This document shows positions 15,549 to 24,911 of a DNA stretch of 35,488 bases, piece by piece; the first letter of the stretch is position 1; every line of letters begins with the position of its first letter. The notes below the pieces were generated by a model. It did no database searches, was not told where the DNA came from, and saw only the letters and a program-made list of their open reading frames with translations. The stretch is from a virus (lineage: Duplodnaviria > Caudoviricetes): the IMG/VR virus record IMGVR_UViG_3300032295_003689, positions 1-35,488 of that record. One strand, given 5' to 3'. Position numbers and translations under genes: made by a program.

Positions 15549-17225
15549 TCACTTGGCGATCCAGCCGGTGTTGCCGGTGCCGGATTCTTTGACGTAAAGC
15601 GTGGTCGATGCGCCGCCATCGGTGCGGGTGTAGAGGCTGCCCACGGGGGCGGTGACGACGCTTTCAGGGCTGCCGCTGCCGCTGCTCCAGTTCACGCCGG
15701 TTTCGGTGGTGTGGTAGCTGGCGTTGCGACTACTGCCGCCACCGCTGCCTTTGACGGGTCCGAAGATGGCGGCGTTGCTACTCCAACGGATACCGGCGGC
15801 TTCGTAACTGGTGCTGCTGGTGTAGGTGTTGGCGACGTAAATGGCGTGCGGGCTAGTGCTGTTTTCAAAAAGTCCGGTGTTGGCGGCGATGACGCGGAGC
15901 TGCGTGAAGTTTCCGCCCCCGAGTCCAGATGAACTTACACGCAGAAGCGTGGTGGCAAAGAATCCGCCGGAAGCGGCGTAATGGCTGCCAGAGCCGAGGC
16001 TGAGCTGCCCGCTGCCAAGATCCTGAATGTTGCCAGCGCCAACCGTGAGAGTGCCGGTGACGGTCACGCCGCTGGTGGTGGTGCGTAGCCTCTGTGTGCC
16101 GTTGTTGGTGATGGCGAACTCGTTTGTGGCGCTGCGATAGATGCCGGTGCCGCTGTCGCCCAAAGTGGCAGCGGGCGCGGAGACGGTGCCAGCGGGAAGC
16201 CTGAGGACGCCGGTCATGGTGTCTCCGGAGAGGCGGACCATGCCGGAGGTCCAGGAGGTGCCGTTGTGGAGCTGCATGCGGCCGTCCGTGGAGTTCCAGA
16301 TGACCATGCCTGCGGCGGGGGAGGCAAGGGCGTCGCGCTGGACGGTGGTGAGGTTGTTGAGGCGGAGTCCGGCGTGATCGGTGCCACTGAATTGCTGGAG
16401 GCCGGTGAAGGTGTTGCCCGCGAGCGTTGCGCCACTGGTCACGGTTTGCCAGGTGCCGTCGTCGCGGAGATATTTGGTGCCGTCGGGGGTGCCGGTGATG
16501 GCGAGCTTGCTGAGGGCGATGGAGCCTGCGAGCATGGCGTTGGTAACGGTGCCGGTGTCGAGATCGGTGATGAGCGTGGCGGGGCTTGCCTCGGTGCCGA
16601 TGGCGGGGAGTTTGATGTATTTGCCGCCGGTGACGGTGGCGGCGGTGAGGCTGATGAAGTTGCTGGCCGATTGCGCGAGAGTCAGCGAGGAAGCAGAGAT
16701 GGAGGTGTTTGGATAACTGCCGACGCCACTGGGGCCATAGACTTGAAAGACCATGGTGGCATTGAGTTCGCCAAAGGTTCCAAAACGGGCGAGCTTGCCG
16801 GAATCGCTGGTGAAGCTGCCGCCAGTGCTGGTGGCGGTGTAACTGAGGCTGCCGCTGCCGTTGTTGGTGAGGACGCCGGAGGCATCGGCGAGGCCTGCGA
16901 GGGCGGTGAGGCCGCTGTCGAGGGGCTGGTAGGTGCTGGCGGCAGTGGCGCTGGCGAGTTTGGCGTCGAGCGCGGTTTGCAGATCGGTCTGGCTGCTGAG
17001 GGTGCCGGTGATGCTGCCCCAGGCTGCGGTGGCGGTGAAGCCGGTGGCGGTGCCGTTGTTGATGATGCTGCCGCCGCTGTTGATGGTGAGCGTTTTGCCG
17101 CTCGGGACGACGAGGTTTTCCACCAGTCCGTTGGTGCTGATGGTTTTGGTGACGTTTTTGACCTGCGCGGATGCGTGCGAGGCGAGGAGGAGGGCGGTGG
17201 CGGTGAGGAGGGCGAAAAGCTTCAT
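15549..17225 (-). CDS. Tail fibre/adhesin-like protein with an N-terminal signal peptide
   Basis: G/S/T-rich with fibre motifs (WGSITGTLSSQTDLQTALDAK, YLRDDGTW, GDTMTG, GSGSPESVVTAPVGSLY); starts MKLFALLTATALLLASHASA-Q. Confidence 0.75.
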   Translation of the reverse strand: MKLFALLTATALLLASHASAQVKNVTKTISTNGLVENLVVPSGKTLTINSGGSIINNGTATGFTATAAWGSITGTLSSQTDLQTALDAKLASATAASTYQPLDSGLTALAGLADASGVLTNNGSGSLSYTATSTGGSFTSDSGKLARFGTFGELNATMVFQVYGPSGVGSYPNTSISASSLTLAQSASNFISLTAATVTGGKYIKLPAIGTEASPATLITDLDTGTVTNAMLAGSIALSKLAITGTPDGTKYLRDDGTWQTVTSGATLAGNTFTGLQQFSGTDHAGLRLNNLTTVQRDALASPAAGMVIWNSTDGRMQLHNGTSWTSGMVRLSGDTMTGVLRLPAGTVSAPAATLGDSGTGIYRSATNEFAITNNGTQRLRTTTSGVTVTGTLTVGAGNIQDLGSGQLSLGSGSHYAASGGFFATTLLRVSSSGLGGGNFTQLRVIAANTGLFENSTSPHAIYVANTYTSSTSYEAAGIRWSSNAAIFGPVKGSGGGSSRNASYHTTETGVNWSSGSGSPESVVTAPVGSLYTRTDGGASTTLYVKESGTGNTGWIAK

Positions 17226-17298
17226 GAGATTGAAGATTGAAAATTGGAGATTGGAAATTGGAGATTGGAAATTGGAGATTGGAAATTGAGGACTAGCC

Positions 17299-18084
17299 TT
17301 AGCCGATGCGTTTCCAGATCTGGGCGTTGGTGCTGGCGTTGTAGTCGTCGGGGCGGACGATGCCGCTGGCGGCGTCTTCGGCGGTGGTGCCGCTGAAAAG
17401 TCGCCAGGTTTGCAGCTCATCGGAGACGTAGAGGAGGACGAGGAGGCTGGTTTTGCCGACGGTGGGGATGCCGTCGAGGGCCGTGGTGCCGCCGCCGGTG
17501 AGGGCGGTGATGGCTTTGTAGTAAAGCGGCGCGCTGGGTGTGGGCTGCGCGCTGGTGACGGGGGCGGTATCGGTGCCGCGGCAGATGTCGCTGAGGATCA
17601 GCACGGGAATCCATTGGCTGCTTTGACGGACGCCGCTGGCGGTGAGGGTTTCGATCTGGAGGTGGCAGTAGGCGCGATCGGTGCCGGCGGGCATGAGGGC
17701 GACAAGGTCGTCGCCACTGAGATCGAGTGTGCCGGTGTAGAAACCGCCGGGGCTGTCGGCGAGATCGTCCTGCGCGTTGTCGGTGATGGTGGCGGGTTTG
17801 TCCCATCCATCGTTGGCGATGCGGGCGAGGGCGTCGCCGTTGTGATCGTTCCAGGCTTTGAGCGTGGCGACGAGTTGGGTGTCCGCGGCGAGGAGCGCGA
17901 CGCTGTCATCGTCCCAGGGATCGAAAACGCGGAGGCGGAGGGTAGGCGTATCGCCGAGGGGAAGCTGCAGTGCCTCAGATGGAGGCATGCCGGCTGAGAT
18001 TTCCCGGCCTCCGAGCAGCCCGTAACCTCCCTGACTGGTGAGCGCGGTGCCGGTGCGGAGATTGAGATAAGCGGTGATCGTCAC
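17299..18084 (-). CDS. Tail tip/baseplate-type structural protein
   Basis: Lies just before the fibre gene; beta-rich; GTG start 13 nt after TTGACA. Confidence 0.65.
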   Translation of the reverse strand: MTITAYLNLRTGTALTSQGGYGLLGGREISAGMPPSEALQLPLGDTPTLRLRVFDPWDDDSVALLAADTQLVATLKAWNDHNGDALARIANDGWDKPATITDNAQDDLADSPGGFYTGTLDLSGDDLVALMPAGTDRAYCHLQIETLTASGVRQSSQWIPVLILSDICRGTDTAPVTSAQPTPSAPLYYKAITALTGGGTTALDGIPTVGKTSLLVLLYVSDELQTWRLFSGTTAEDAASGIVRPDDYNASTNAQIWKRIG

Positions 18085-18151
18085 GCAGGCGCGCGCGTGT
18101 CAAAAAAAGCGGAGGGACCGTGATGACGGGATTGACCAGAGTGACGGTTGG

Positions 18152-18550
18152 CTAGGCGATCTGCGCGAGGCGGAAGTTGTTGAAGTAGGTGTAGCTGGCG
18201 AGGGGCGTGGGGCGCGGGGTCTTGGCCTGGCTGTAGGTGCCGGTGGTTTCGAGCTCGGTGCTGGTGGTGACGCCGGTGCCGTGATTGTAGGCTCGCTGCG
18301 TGTATTTGATGCGCAGCGGGGCGGACTTGACGGTGCTGATGGTGATGGCGGCGCTTTCGGTGCTGAAGTCGTTGCCAAAGAGGGTTTCGATCAAAGCATC
18401 CGCGCCGAGGGGGTGGCGGTCCATGGGATACCAGTGGACGGTGCCAGGTGTGACGGGCGCGAATTCGATCTGCGCATGCACGCGCTCGATCGTGGGCGGT
18501 GTGTTGCGCCAGTCGTTGGTCTCAAAATTGATGTCGGTGGGGCGGGACAT
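18152..18550 (-). CDS. Hypothetical tail-region protein
   Basis: In the tail operon; C-ending codon bias. Confidence 0.6.
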   Translation of the reverse strand: MSRPTDINFETNDWRNTPPTIERVHAQIEFAPVTPGTVHWYPMDRHPLGADALIETLFGNDFSTESAAITISTVKSAPLRIKYTQRAYNHGTGVTTSTELETTGTYSQAKTPRPTPLASYTYFNNFRLAQIA

Positions 18551-18555
18551 GGCGA

Positions 18556-19179
18556 TCACCAGAGCTGCCAGACAGGGACGCCGCTGGCGGTGCCGTTGTC
18601 GCGCACTTGCGCGCCGAGGTTGTTGTAGCGGGTGCGGTTGACGAGCGCGCCCGCCTGCCAGCGAAAGAGCTCAATGTAGCGCTTGCTGTTCGTGCTGGTC
18701 TGCGCGGAGCTGAAGGCCTCAATCGTCAAATTGCTGCTCGTGGGGCTTTTGATGACGAAGCCGGTGACGTAATTGCTGGCATTGGTCTGGATGGTGGTAT
18801 CGACGACGAGATAGACGATTTGCAGCGCGCTGGCATCCACGGTGAGCTGCGGCGGGGTGCTGGCATTGATGGCGGTGCCACCGATGAAGGGCGTGGTGGA
18901 GTTGAAGCTGCCGTTGCTGACGGTGATGTGCGTGGAGTCCACGAGCACGGGCTGGAAGTTGCTCCAGATCTCCGTGGCGGCCGCGGCGGATCCGCTGGGG
19001 AGCTGTGAGAAGCGAAACTGCCCGCCGGGGCCGCTTTGCGCGGTTTGCGCACCTTCGATTTCGATGCTGATGCCGAGGTGCTCTTCAAGCTGGCGCATGA
19101 TGCCCGCCATCTCTCGGCGCAGGAGCACGCCGCGCGGTTTGGGGAGCTTGAGCTTGGGTTTGTCGCGTTCGGCTTTCAT
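18556..19179 (-). CDS. Hypothetical tail-region protein
   Basis: In the tail operon; S/T-rich beta C-terminus. Confidence 0.65.
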   Translation of the reverse strand: MKAERDKPKLKLPKPRGVLLRREMAGIMRQLEEHLGISIEIEGAQTAQSGPGGQFRFSQLPSGSAAAATEIWSNFQPVLVDSTHITVSNGSFNSTTPFIGGTAINASTPPQLTVDASALQIVYLVVDTTIQTNASNYVTGFVIKSPTSSNLTIEAFSSAQTSTNSKRYIELFRWQAGALVNRTRYNNLGAQVRDNGTASGVPVWQLW

Positions 19180-19182
19180 GGA

Positions 19183-20625
19183 TTATTCGCCAGGCGTGGT
19201 GCCGCGCTGGTAGATGAGGTTCACGCTGGTGAGGTAGAGCTGCTGGCCGGGGATCTGACTGCTTTGCAGGTTGCCGAGCTTCCATCCGTTGGGGAAGTGG
19301 ATGGTGTCATTACTGCCCGCGAGGCCGATGACGGTGACGGGCGGCGCATCCGTGGGCACCCAACGATAACCGCTGCCGAGCATCCACGTGGGCGGCGGCG
19401 CGGGGGAGATGTAAACGATGCTGAGATGCGTCTGCGAGAGATCAAAGTCCACATTGCCGGTCAGGGCGTAATCGTGCGTGCTGTCCTGATCGAGCGTGTC
19501 ATCCGTGCCGCCGGTGTAAACAGGATGTCCGGTAAAATTGACGGGGGTGAAGTTTTCGATGCGCAAAGCCTGCCCGTTAGCGCTGATGGTGCGCACGGGA
19601 TGCTTGACCTCACCGGAGACTTGATTGAGCCCCATGAGTTGGAGATCGAGGATGTGGTATCCAGCGAGGCCGAGGGCCTCCGCCTCCACGCATCCGCGGG
19701 CTTTGCTCTTGCGCCGATCTGTGACCCACAGACGCTCATAGCCGAGCATGACGGGCGTGAGGGTGCCATCGGTGCCGTCACTGCTGAGGCTGACGAGCGG
19801 GACGATGGTGCTGTAGCCGCTGATGTTGGAGGTGAAATTGATGGCGGTGCCGCCGGGCGTGGTGGCGAGTTTGAAGGTGGTGCTGGTGGCATCGCGCACG
19901 TAGTAAACAGTGTGAGTGCTGAGTCCCGCGCCGCCGCGCAGGATGGCAAAGATGACAGCGGTGCCGTCCGTGAATCCGTGCGCCTCCGTCTGTGTGGCAT
20001 CCGTGCTCGGACGAGACGTGATGAGGTCTGTGCTGTGTGCGCCGGTAACGATCTGGGTGAGGGATGGATCGGCGAGGCGAAGGGTGTCCGCGCTGAGGCG
20101 GGTGATGAGGTAACGAGTGCCGCTGGTGCAGCCGCCAAAGCCGGAGCTGAAGGTGAAATCGGCGAGTTGGCCGCTGACGAGGCCGTGCGCCGCTTTGGTA
20201 AATATTTCATCATCTGCCTCGCCGGTGACGCCGGTGACGGGCGTGCCCATGATCTGCCCGCCTTTGAGGAAGGCGGTGTCGTTTGGATCGGAGGTGTAGA
20301 TGCGGCGGCTTACGGTGTCCCATCCCTGCTGCGGGAGGTCTTCATCATGGGCGAGGATTTTGGCGGTGACGCCATCGGCATCGGGGAGGCCTTCGGCTTC
20401 GATGTTCAGGATGTAGGCCTCGCCGGGGATTTCCTCCTCGGGATCAATCATGGTGATTCGCATGCCGGGCCAGCCATCCGGCTCTTCGCCAAGCTGAAAC
20501 TCAGTTTCGCTGGGGGATTGAAAGCGCTGAGTGAGGACGGGGATTTCCCCGACGCGGCGAGGGCAGCGGTCCGGGGTGAGGCGGAAGAGTTGCTCGCCGT
20601 AGAGTTTGCGGTCGTAGGTGGACAT
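19183..20625 (-). CDS. Tail tip protein with two HG(L/F)xxG...(Y)Y(V/L)...TF(K/Q)LA beta modules
   Basis: Immediately after the tape measure; tandem modules HGLVSGQ...TLRLA and HGFTDGT...TFKLATT. Confidence 0.7.
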   Translation of the reverse strand: MSTYDRKLYGEQLFRLTPDRCPRRVGEIPVLTQRFQSPSETEFQLGEEPDGWPGMRITMIDPEEEIPGEAYILNIEAEGLPDADGVTAKILAHDEDLPQQGWDTVSRRIYTSDPNDTAFLKGGQIMGTPVTGVTGEADDEIFTKAAHGLVSGQLADFTFSSGFGGCTSGTRYLITRLSADTLRLADPSLTQIVTGAHSTDLITSRPSTDATQTEAHGFTDGTAVIFAILRGGAGLSTHTVYYVRDATSTTFKLATTPGGTAINFTSNISGYSTIVPLVSLSSDGTDGTLTPVMLGYERLWVTDRRKSKARGCVEAEALGLAGYHILDLQLMGLNQVSGEVKHPVRTISANGQALRIENFTPVNFTGHPVYTGGTDDTLDQDSTHDYALTGNVDFDLSQTHLSIVYISPAPPPTWMLGSGYRWVPTDAPPVTVIGLAGSNDTIHFPNGWKLGNLQSSQIPGQQLYLTSVNLIYQRGTTPGE

Positions 20626-20645
20626 GAGGGGGCGTTTGTTTGCGA

Positions 20646-22460
20646 TTAACCGAGCAGGCCGAGCAGGGCGTCTTTCATCTGCATGAAGAGCTCGATCTCC
20701 TTGGTGCCGAGGTTGACGGTGGGTTCGCTGCGGCGCTGGGTTGCTTCCGCGTTTTGTTGCTGGCGGTTTTGGAGCGGGTTGGCACCGTTGGCGCGCTGCT
20801 GGAGCTGGGTCCAGCCGCTGGGCTGCATTTGGGCGCGCTGCCAGGTGGAGGGGCTGTTTTGCATGGACCACCAGTCGTCAATGCCGCCCATGAGGCGGGA
20901 TTTGCCCGCGCGGGTGCTGGGGTGCGTCCATCCGGTTTGGCGATCGGCTTCGGTGAACTGGCGGGCTTTGGTGCTGCCAGCGCCTCCGGTGGTGTTTTGC
21001 ATCTGTTGGCGGAGCTGGTCACGCTCGCGGGCGAGGGCGAGGGATTGCTGCTCGCTCATGCCGGTGGCCTGCTGGATCTGGTAGGCCTCGCGGGTGATCT
21101 GGAGGCGGCGAGTCTCGATGTCGGCGAGTTCTTTTTTCCCGGCGGCGCGGAGTCGGTCGATTTGCAGCTCAGCGGCGAGCTCGCCTTTGGCGCGGGATTG
21201 GGCGGCTTGTTCTTTGTCGGCCTGCTCTTGTTTGGACTGGGCCTGATCGAGCTGCTGCTTGATTTCGGCGGCTTGCTGTTTGCGGCGGGCGGCGGCGCGA
21301 TCGGCGGCGGCGGTTTCGAGGGCGGTGATTTCTTTCTGGATGTTCAGCGCCTCGCGGTAGTCTTTGAGCAGAGTTTCGCTTTGGCGTGCGTTGGCGAGGG
21401 CTCCGAGGGCTCCGACGCTGGAAACGCCGCCGGAGGGGCCAGCGGCCCCCAGGATGGACTGCAGGCGGGTTTTGAGGCGGGCGAGCTGCTGATCATCGGG
21501 TAGCATTCCCTCCGCGATCTGCGCGGTCTCAGCGCGGAGCGCTGCGATGCGGGCGGCGGCGTCTTTTCGCTCTTGCGCGCTGGCGGCGAGGGCGGAGGCT
21601 CCGCTTTGGGCGGTGGCGGTCTGCGCGAGGGCGGCCTTGACTTCATCCGGCAGGTTGAGGGACTGGATGCGGGCGAGCTCTTTGGAGAGGGCAAGCTGGC
21701 GCTCCATAGAGACGGCGGTTTTTTCGTTCCCTGCGGCGCGGGCTTCCGCGATGCGCTGCTCCTCTTGCGCAGCGCGGAGGATGCCGCGGATGAGGTCTTG
21801 CCGCATGCTGGCCTCCGCCATGCGCTTTTGCTGATCGGCGGCGAATTTTTGATCGCCCGTGGGACCGCCTGCGACGGCCATGACTTCGGTCCAGTAGGCT
21901 TTGAGGCCCTGATCGGGCGAGGTGAAGGTGCTGCGGAGGTCGCTGAGTTTTTGGAGGCCGGCCACCATTTGCGGGAGGCCGCCGGTGGTGAGGATGCCCT
22001 GGATCTCGCGTTTGAGCGCGGCGGCTTCTGCGGTGCCTTTGGCGAGGCCGTCTTGGGCGGCTTGTCCGGCGGTGATGAAGGCTCCGCCGATGGCGACGAG
22101 TCCGCCGAGGATCATGCCGCCGGGGCCAAACATGGAAAGGAGCTGCGAACCTTGCTGCGCAAAGATGATGCTGGCCTTGGTGCCCATCTGGAGCTGCACA
22201 GCGATGTCCTGGACCTGCATCGCCGCGCCACCGAGGGCCATGCGCCCACCGCCGCGGAGGTTGCCGAGTTCTTTATTGAAGGCGGCGAGATTCGCGCGGT
22301 GTTTGACCCACGTGTCGTCAGGGCCAAGGATGCTGCGGGAGACGCCGCCGGTGGCGCGCATTTCGTCGCGGAATTTAGCGACCTCGGCTTTGGCTTTGGC
22401 GAGGTTTTGCTGATACTGCGTGATCTCGAGACGCAGGGAGGCTTCGATGGCGTTGCTCAT
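20646..22460 (-). CDS. Tail tape measure protein (~604 aa)
   Basis: Ala/Gln-rich and helical; MQVQDIAVQLQMGT...QQGSQL motif typical of lambda-type tape measure N-termini. Confidence 0.85.
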   Translation of the reverse strand: MSNAIEASLRLEITQYQQNLAKAKAEVAKFRDEMRATGGVSRSILGPDDTWVKHRANLAAFNKELGNLRGGGRMALGGAAMQVQDIAVQLQMGTKASIIFAQQGSQLLSMFGPGGMILGGLVAIGGAFITAGQAAQDGLAKGTAEAAALKREIQGILTTGGLPQMVAGLQKLSDLRSTFTSPDQGLKAYWTEVMAVAGGPTGDQKFAADQQKRMAEASMRQDLIRGILRAAQEEQRIAEARAAGNEKTAVSMERQLALSKELARIQSLNLPDEVKAALAQTATAQSGASALAASAQERKDAAARIAALRAETAQIAEGMLPDDQQLARLKTRLQSILGAAGPSGGVSSVGALGALANARQSETLLKDYREALNIQKEITALETAAADRAAARRKQQAAEIKQQLDQAQSKQEQADKEQAAQSRAKGELAAELQIDRLRAAGKKELADIETRRLQITREAYQIQQATGMSEQQSLALARERDQLRQQMQNTTGGAGSTKARQFTEADRQTGWTHPSTRAGKSRLMGGIDDWWSMQNSPSTWQRAQMQPSGWTQLQQRANGANPLQNRQQQNAEATQRRSEPTVNLGTKEIELFMQMKDALLGLLG

Positions 22461-23233
22461 GAGGTTTTTAGGCCGCTTTCTCCGGCGATTTTGGCGAGGT
22501 AGTTTTCCCACTGGGCCTGCATGCGATCGGCGCGGAAGTTCATGGCCCACTTGACTCGCCGCTGGAAGTCCTTCACCTGGCGGGCGTATTGGACGTTGTT
22601 CTGCATCGCGATTTCAATGGCTGCGCTGCTGATGTCCACGCGGAGCGTGCCGGGTGCCTCCGGATGCTTTGCGATGCCGTAGGGCAGCCCTTTGACGCCG
22701 AGCGCGGCGAGCGCGTCATGCCAGCCGGAGGCGAGCCACCAGACGTTCTCCTGCTGCATCTGGATGTAGAGATCGATCTCTTTGGGCTCGCTGACGTAGA
22801 AGCGAAAGCCGCTGCCCTTGCGGCGGCGCTGGCGGAAGTTTTTCCGGTGAAACTCACCCGCATCGAAGGTGTAGAAGATGCTGCCGGTGGTGCCGCGGAG
22901 GATGTCGTTGGCATCAGCGATCTCGCCGCGTTTGTAGTGGGACCAGAAGGCATCCGCAACGCCGGTGGACTGCGGGAGGAGGTCGTAGGCATCGCTAGGG
23001 GTGCCGTAGAGGGCGCGGATGTCGGCCGCGACTTTGGTTTTGGCGTGAGATTCGGCGGATTTGCCGGTGGTGCCCGCATGGGCTGGCGGGGTGTAGAGCG
23101 CGACGTTTTTGAAGACGATGCGGGCTTCGCTGCGAAGCACGTCGGCTGCGGCGCGCTTGCTGGTGCTGAGGAGGCGCTGCAAACCCTGCTCGAACGGAGC
23201 GGAGCGGACGTGGAAGCCATCGGTGTCAGACAT
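22457..23233 (-). CDS. Putative neck/tail completion protein (HK97 gp10-like)
   Basis: YTPP...LASGW...NNVQYA pattern; basic; overlaps the tape measure start. Confidence 0.55.
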   Translation of the reverse strand: MSDTDGFHVRSAPFEQGLQRLLSTSKRAAADVLRSEARIVFKNVALYTPPAHAGTTGKSAESHAKTKVAADIRALYGTPSDAYDLLPQSTGVADAFWSHYKRGEIADANDILRGTTGSIFYTFDAGEFHRKNFRQRRRKGSGFRFYVSEPKEIDLYIQMQQENVWWLASGWHDALAALGVKGLPYGIAKHPEAPGTLRVDISSAAIEIAMQNNVQYARQVKDFQRRVKWAMNFRADRMQAQWENYLAKIAGESGLKTS

Positions 23234-23328
23234 GCGCGGGGATCGGCGGATGCTGAGCGGCGGGTGTCAAAGACACGGAAGGAATGACCGGATTGACGGG
23301 GTGGTTATCACAACTTGAGTTGGTATAA

Positions 23329-23571
23329 TTAACTGTTCGGAAGAAATGACTCCAGGAAGGCAGCGGCTTTTCGGAGATTGTTCCGTCGCACTTCAACGGT
23401 CGCCCGTGTGAATGGATATGTTGATTCCTTGGCGAGCGTGTTCGAGCACTGGAACGCGGCAGCAAACAATGTCCGCGCAGCCTCGCGCAATGCGTCTTCC
23501 GAACAAGGGCGTTGCTGGCAAGCCCTTGGGCGCTTGGCCTTTGATGGTTTCTTGGCTTCGATAGTGCTCAT
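23329..23571 (-). CDS. Small hypothetical protein, lower-GC insertion
   Basis: 80-aa ORF whose composition differs from its neighbours. Confidence 0.45.
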   Translation of the reverse strand: MSTIEAKKPSKAKRPRACQQRPCSEDALREAARTLFAAAFQCSNTLAKESTYPFTRATVEVRRNNLRKAAAFLESFLPNS

Positions 23572-23619
23572 TAGTCTGCGGTGTCAGTGGTTTCTAGGCG
23601 GGCTGCCAGAACTGGTTCG

Positions 23620-23880
23620 TTACAGCTCCCTTTCGATTTGCTGTTTCCAGGGTTTTTGTTGGCGGAGGTGGTGGGCTTTGAGGAGGGTGCGGCCGATGGG
23701 GGAGAGGCGGGGATCGGGCCAGATGTAGGCTTCGCCGTGGAGGATGCCGGCGGCGTGGATGAGGCTCCAGCCGCGGGCGAGGGAGATGTGCCAGTCGAGC
23801 GCATGAATGGGGGTGCCTGGTAAGGCCCGTGCGAGGAGGGCGGTGTATTGCGCCTCCGGGACGGGCAGGGCTAGTTTCCC
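23620..23880 (-). CDS. gpT-like -1 frameshift extension of the tail assembly chaperone
   Basis: G GGA AAC slippery heptamer (23880-23874) directly before TAG; the -1 frame is open for 84 more codons (LALPVPEAQY...ALDWHISLARGWSLIHAAG...IEREL*). Confidence 0.8.
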   Translation of the reverse strand, partial: GKLALPVPEAQYTALLARALPGTPIHALDWHISLARGWSLIHAAGILHGEAYIWPDPRLSPIGRTLLKAHHLRQQKPWKQQIEREL

Positions 23881-24404
23881 GCGTCGTTGCTGCGGTGGCC
23901 GCCTCCCATGGGGCGGGTCATGGGCATCACCGCGCGATGCTCCGTGAGAATGCGTGAGGCGAGATGGCAGGCTTCAGCCTTTTCACTGTGGCTGATGTTT
24001 TCTGCGCCCCATGACTCGATGTGAGCGATCAGGCGCGAGGGCTGTCCGCGCAGGTGAAACCATTGATCCCCTGGCACGGCGACGAGAAAAAGCACTTTGG
24101 TGGCGGCGGGCAGGTAGAGGTCAAAATCGACACATTGATCAAAGGTGGCGTCGGTGGGTTTTTGGGCTTTCAATTCCTCGAAGCGCTGGCGCATGTGCGG
24201 CAGATCTTCGAGATCGCCACCGGGGAGATCGAGCGTGACGAGTCGGGCGTAAAGCGTCTGCGTGCCGCGGGCCCAGGGTTGCAAAAGCTGGCCGCGCCAA
24301 GCGTGCGCTTCGCTTTCGGCGACGATGCGCTGGCGCTCGATCTCGGCGGTGGCAGCGTAGGATTCGGAGGAGTGATCGGGATCGGCGGGGGGGGCTGTGT
24401 TCAT
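23871..24404 (-). CDS. Tail assembly chaperone (gpG-like)
   Basis: Ends GGA AAC TAG; lies between the tail tube candidate and the tape measure. Confidence 0.75.
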   Translation of the reverse strand: MNTAPPADPDHSSESYAATAEIERQRIVAESEAHAWRGQLLQPWARGTQTLYARLVTLDLPGGDLEDLPHMRQRFEELKAQKPTDATFDQCVDFDLYLPAATKVLFLVAVPGDQWFHLRGQPSRLIAHIESWGAENISHSEKAEACHLASRILTEHRAVMPMTRPMGGGHRSNDAGN

Positions 24405-24475
24405 GGAGGGGGAATGAAAATTGAAAATTGAAAATTGGAGATTGGAGATTGGAGATTGGTGGGAATGCAGGGTGC

Positions 24476-24883
24476 TTAGTGGTCAGTGCTTAGTTTGGCT
24501 TCGAGGGCGGCGAGGCGTTGGTCGAAGCTGCGCTCGGTTTCGGAGGGGCGGCGGGGGCGTTTGACGGCGTCTTGGAAGCTCTGCCATTTCGTGGCGATGC
24601 GATCGCCGCCGTCGGTGTAACCGGCATCGTAGATGGCGGTGAGGACTTCATCGAGATCGTCGCCGGGATGCACGGGGATGTGGAGGTGCGGGGAATGCGT
24701 CTGCCGCAGGAACGTGGGCGAGGTGGTGCCATCATCGTGGCGGATCTCGCCTGCTTCGCGAAAGCCGCGATCGCGTAGGAATTCGACGACGCTGGGTTTG
24801 TAGCCGCGATGCTCGATGAGATTGCGGTGCTCCACATCGGTCATGCGTTTCTCGGCGGCGATGAGTTTGGATAGGCTGCTCAT
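24476..24883 (-). CDS. Hypothetical protein
   Basis: ORF in the late operon. Confidence 0.6.
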   Translation of the reverse strand: MSSLSKLIAAEKRMTDVEHRNLIEHRGYKPSVVEFLRDRGFREAGEIRHDDGTTSPTFLRQTHSPHLHIPVHPGDDLDEVLTAIYDAGYTDGGDRIATKWQSFQDAVKRPRRPSETERSFDQRLAALEAKLSTDH

Positions 24884-24911
24884 AAATTCGTCATTTGGCA
24901 TTCGTCATTCG

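Noticed and set aside
17226-17420. N-terminal extension of the fibre ORF, or a frameshift fusion with 17299-18084
   Set aside because: The extension is an alternative frame of the upstream gene plus translated heptamer repeat; no slippery site seen
23329-23625. Integron attC-like ends around the 80-aa ORF
   Set aside because: Only GTT/AAC triplets; no convincing paired L/R boxes
23571-23804. 77-aa ORF from the track
   Set aside because: Low-complexity alternative frame; the -1 gpT frame has better codon usage and explains the region
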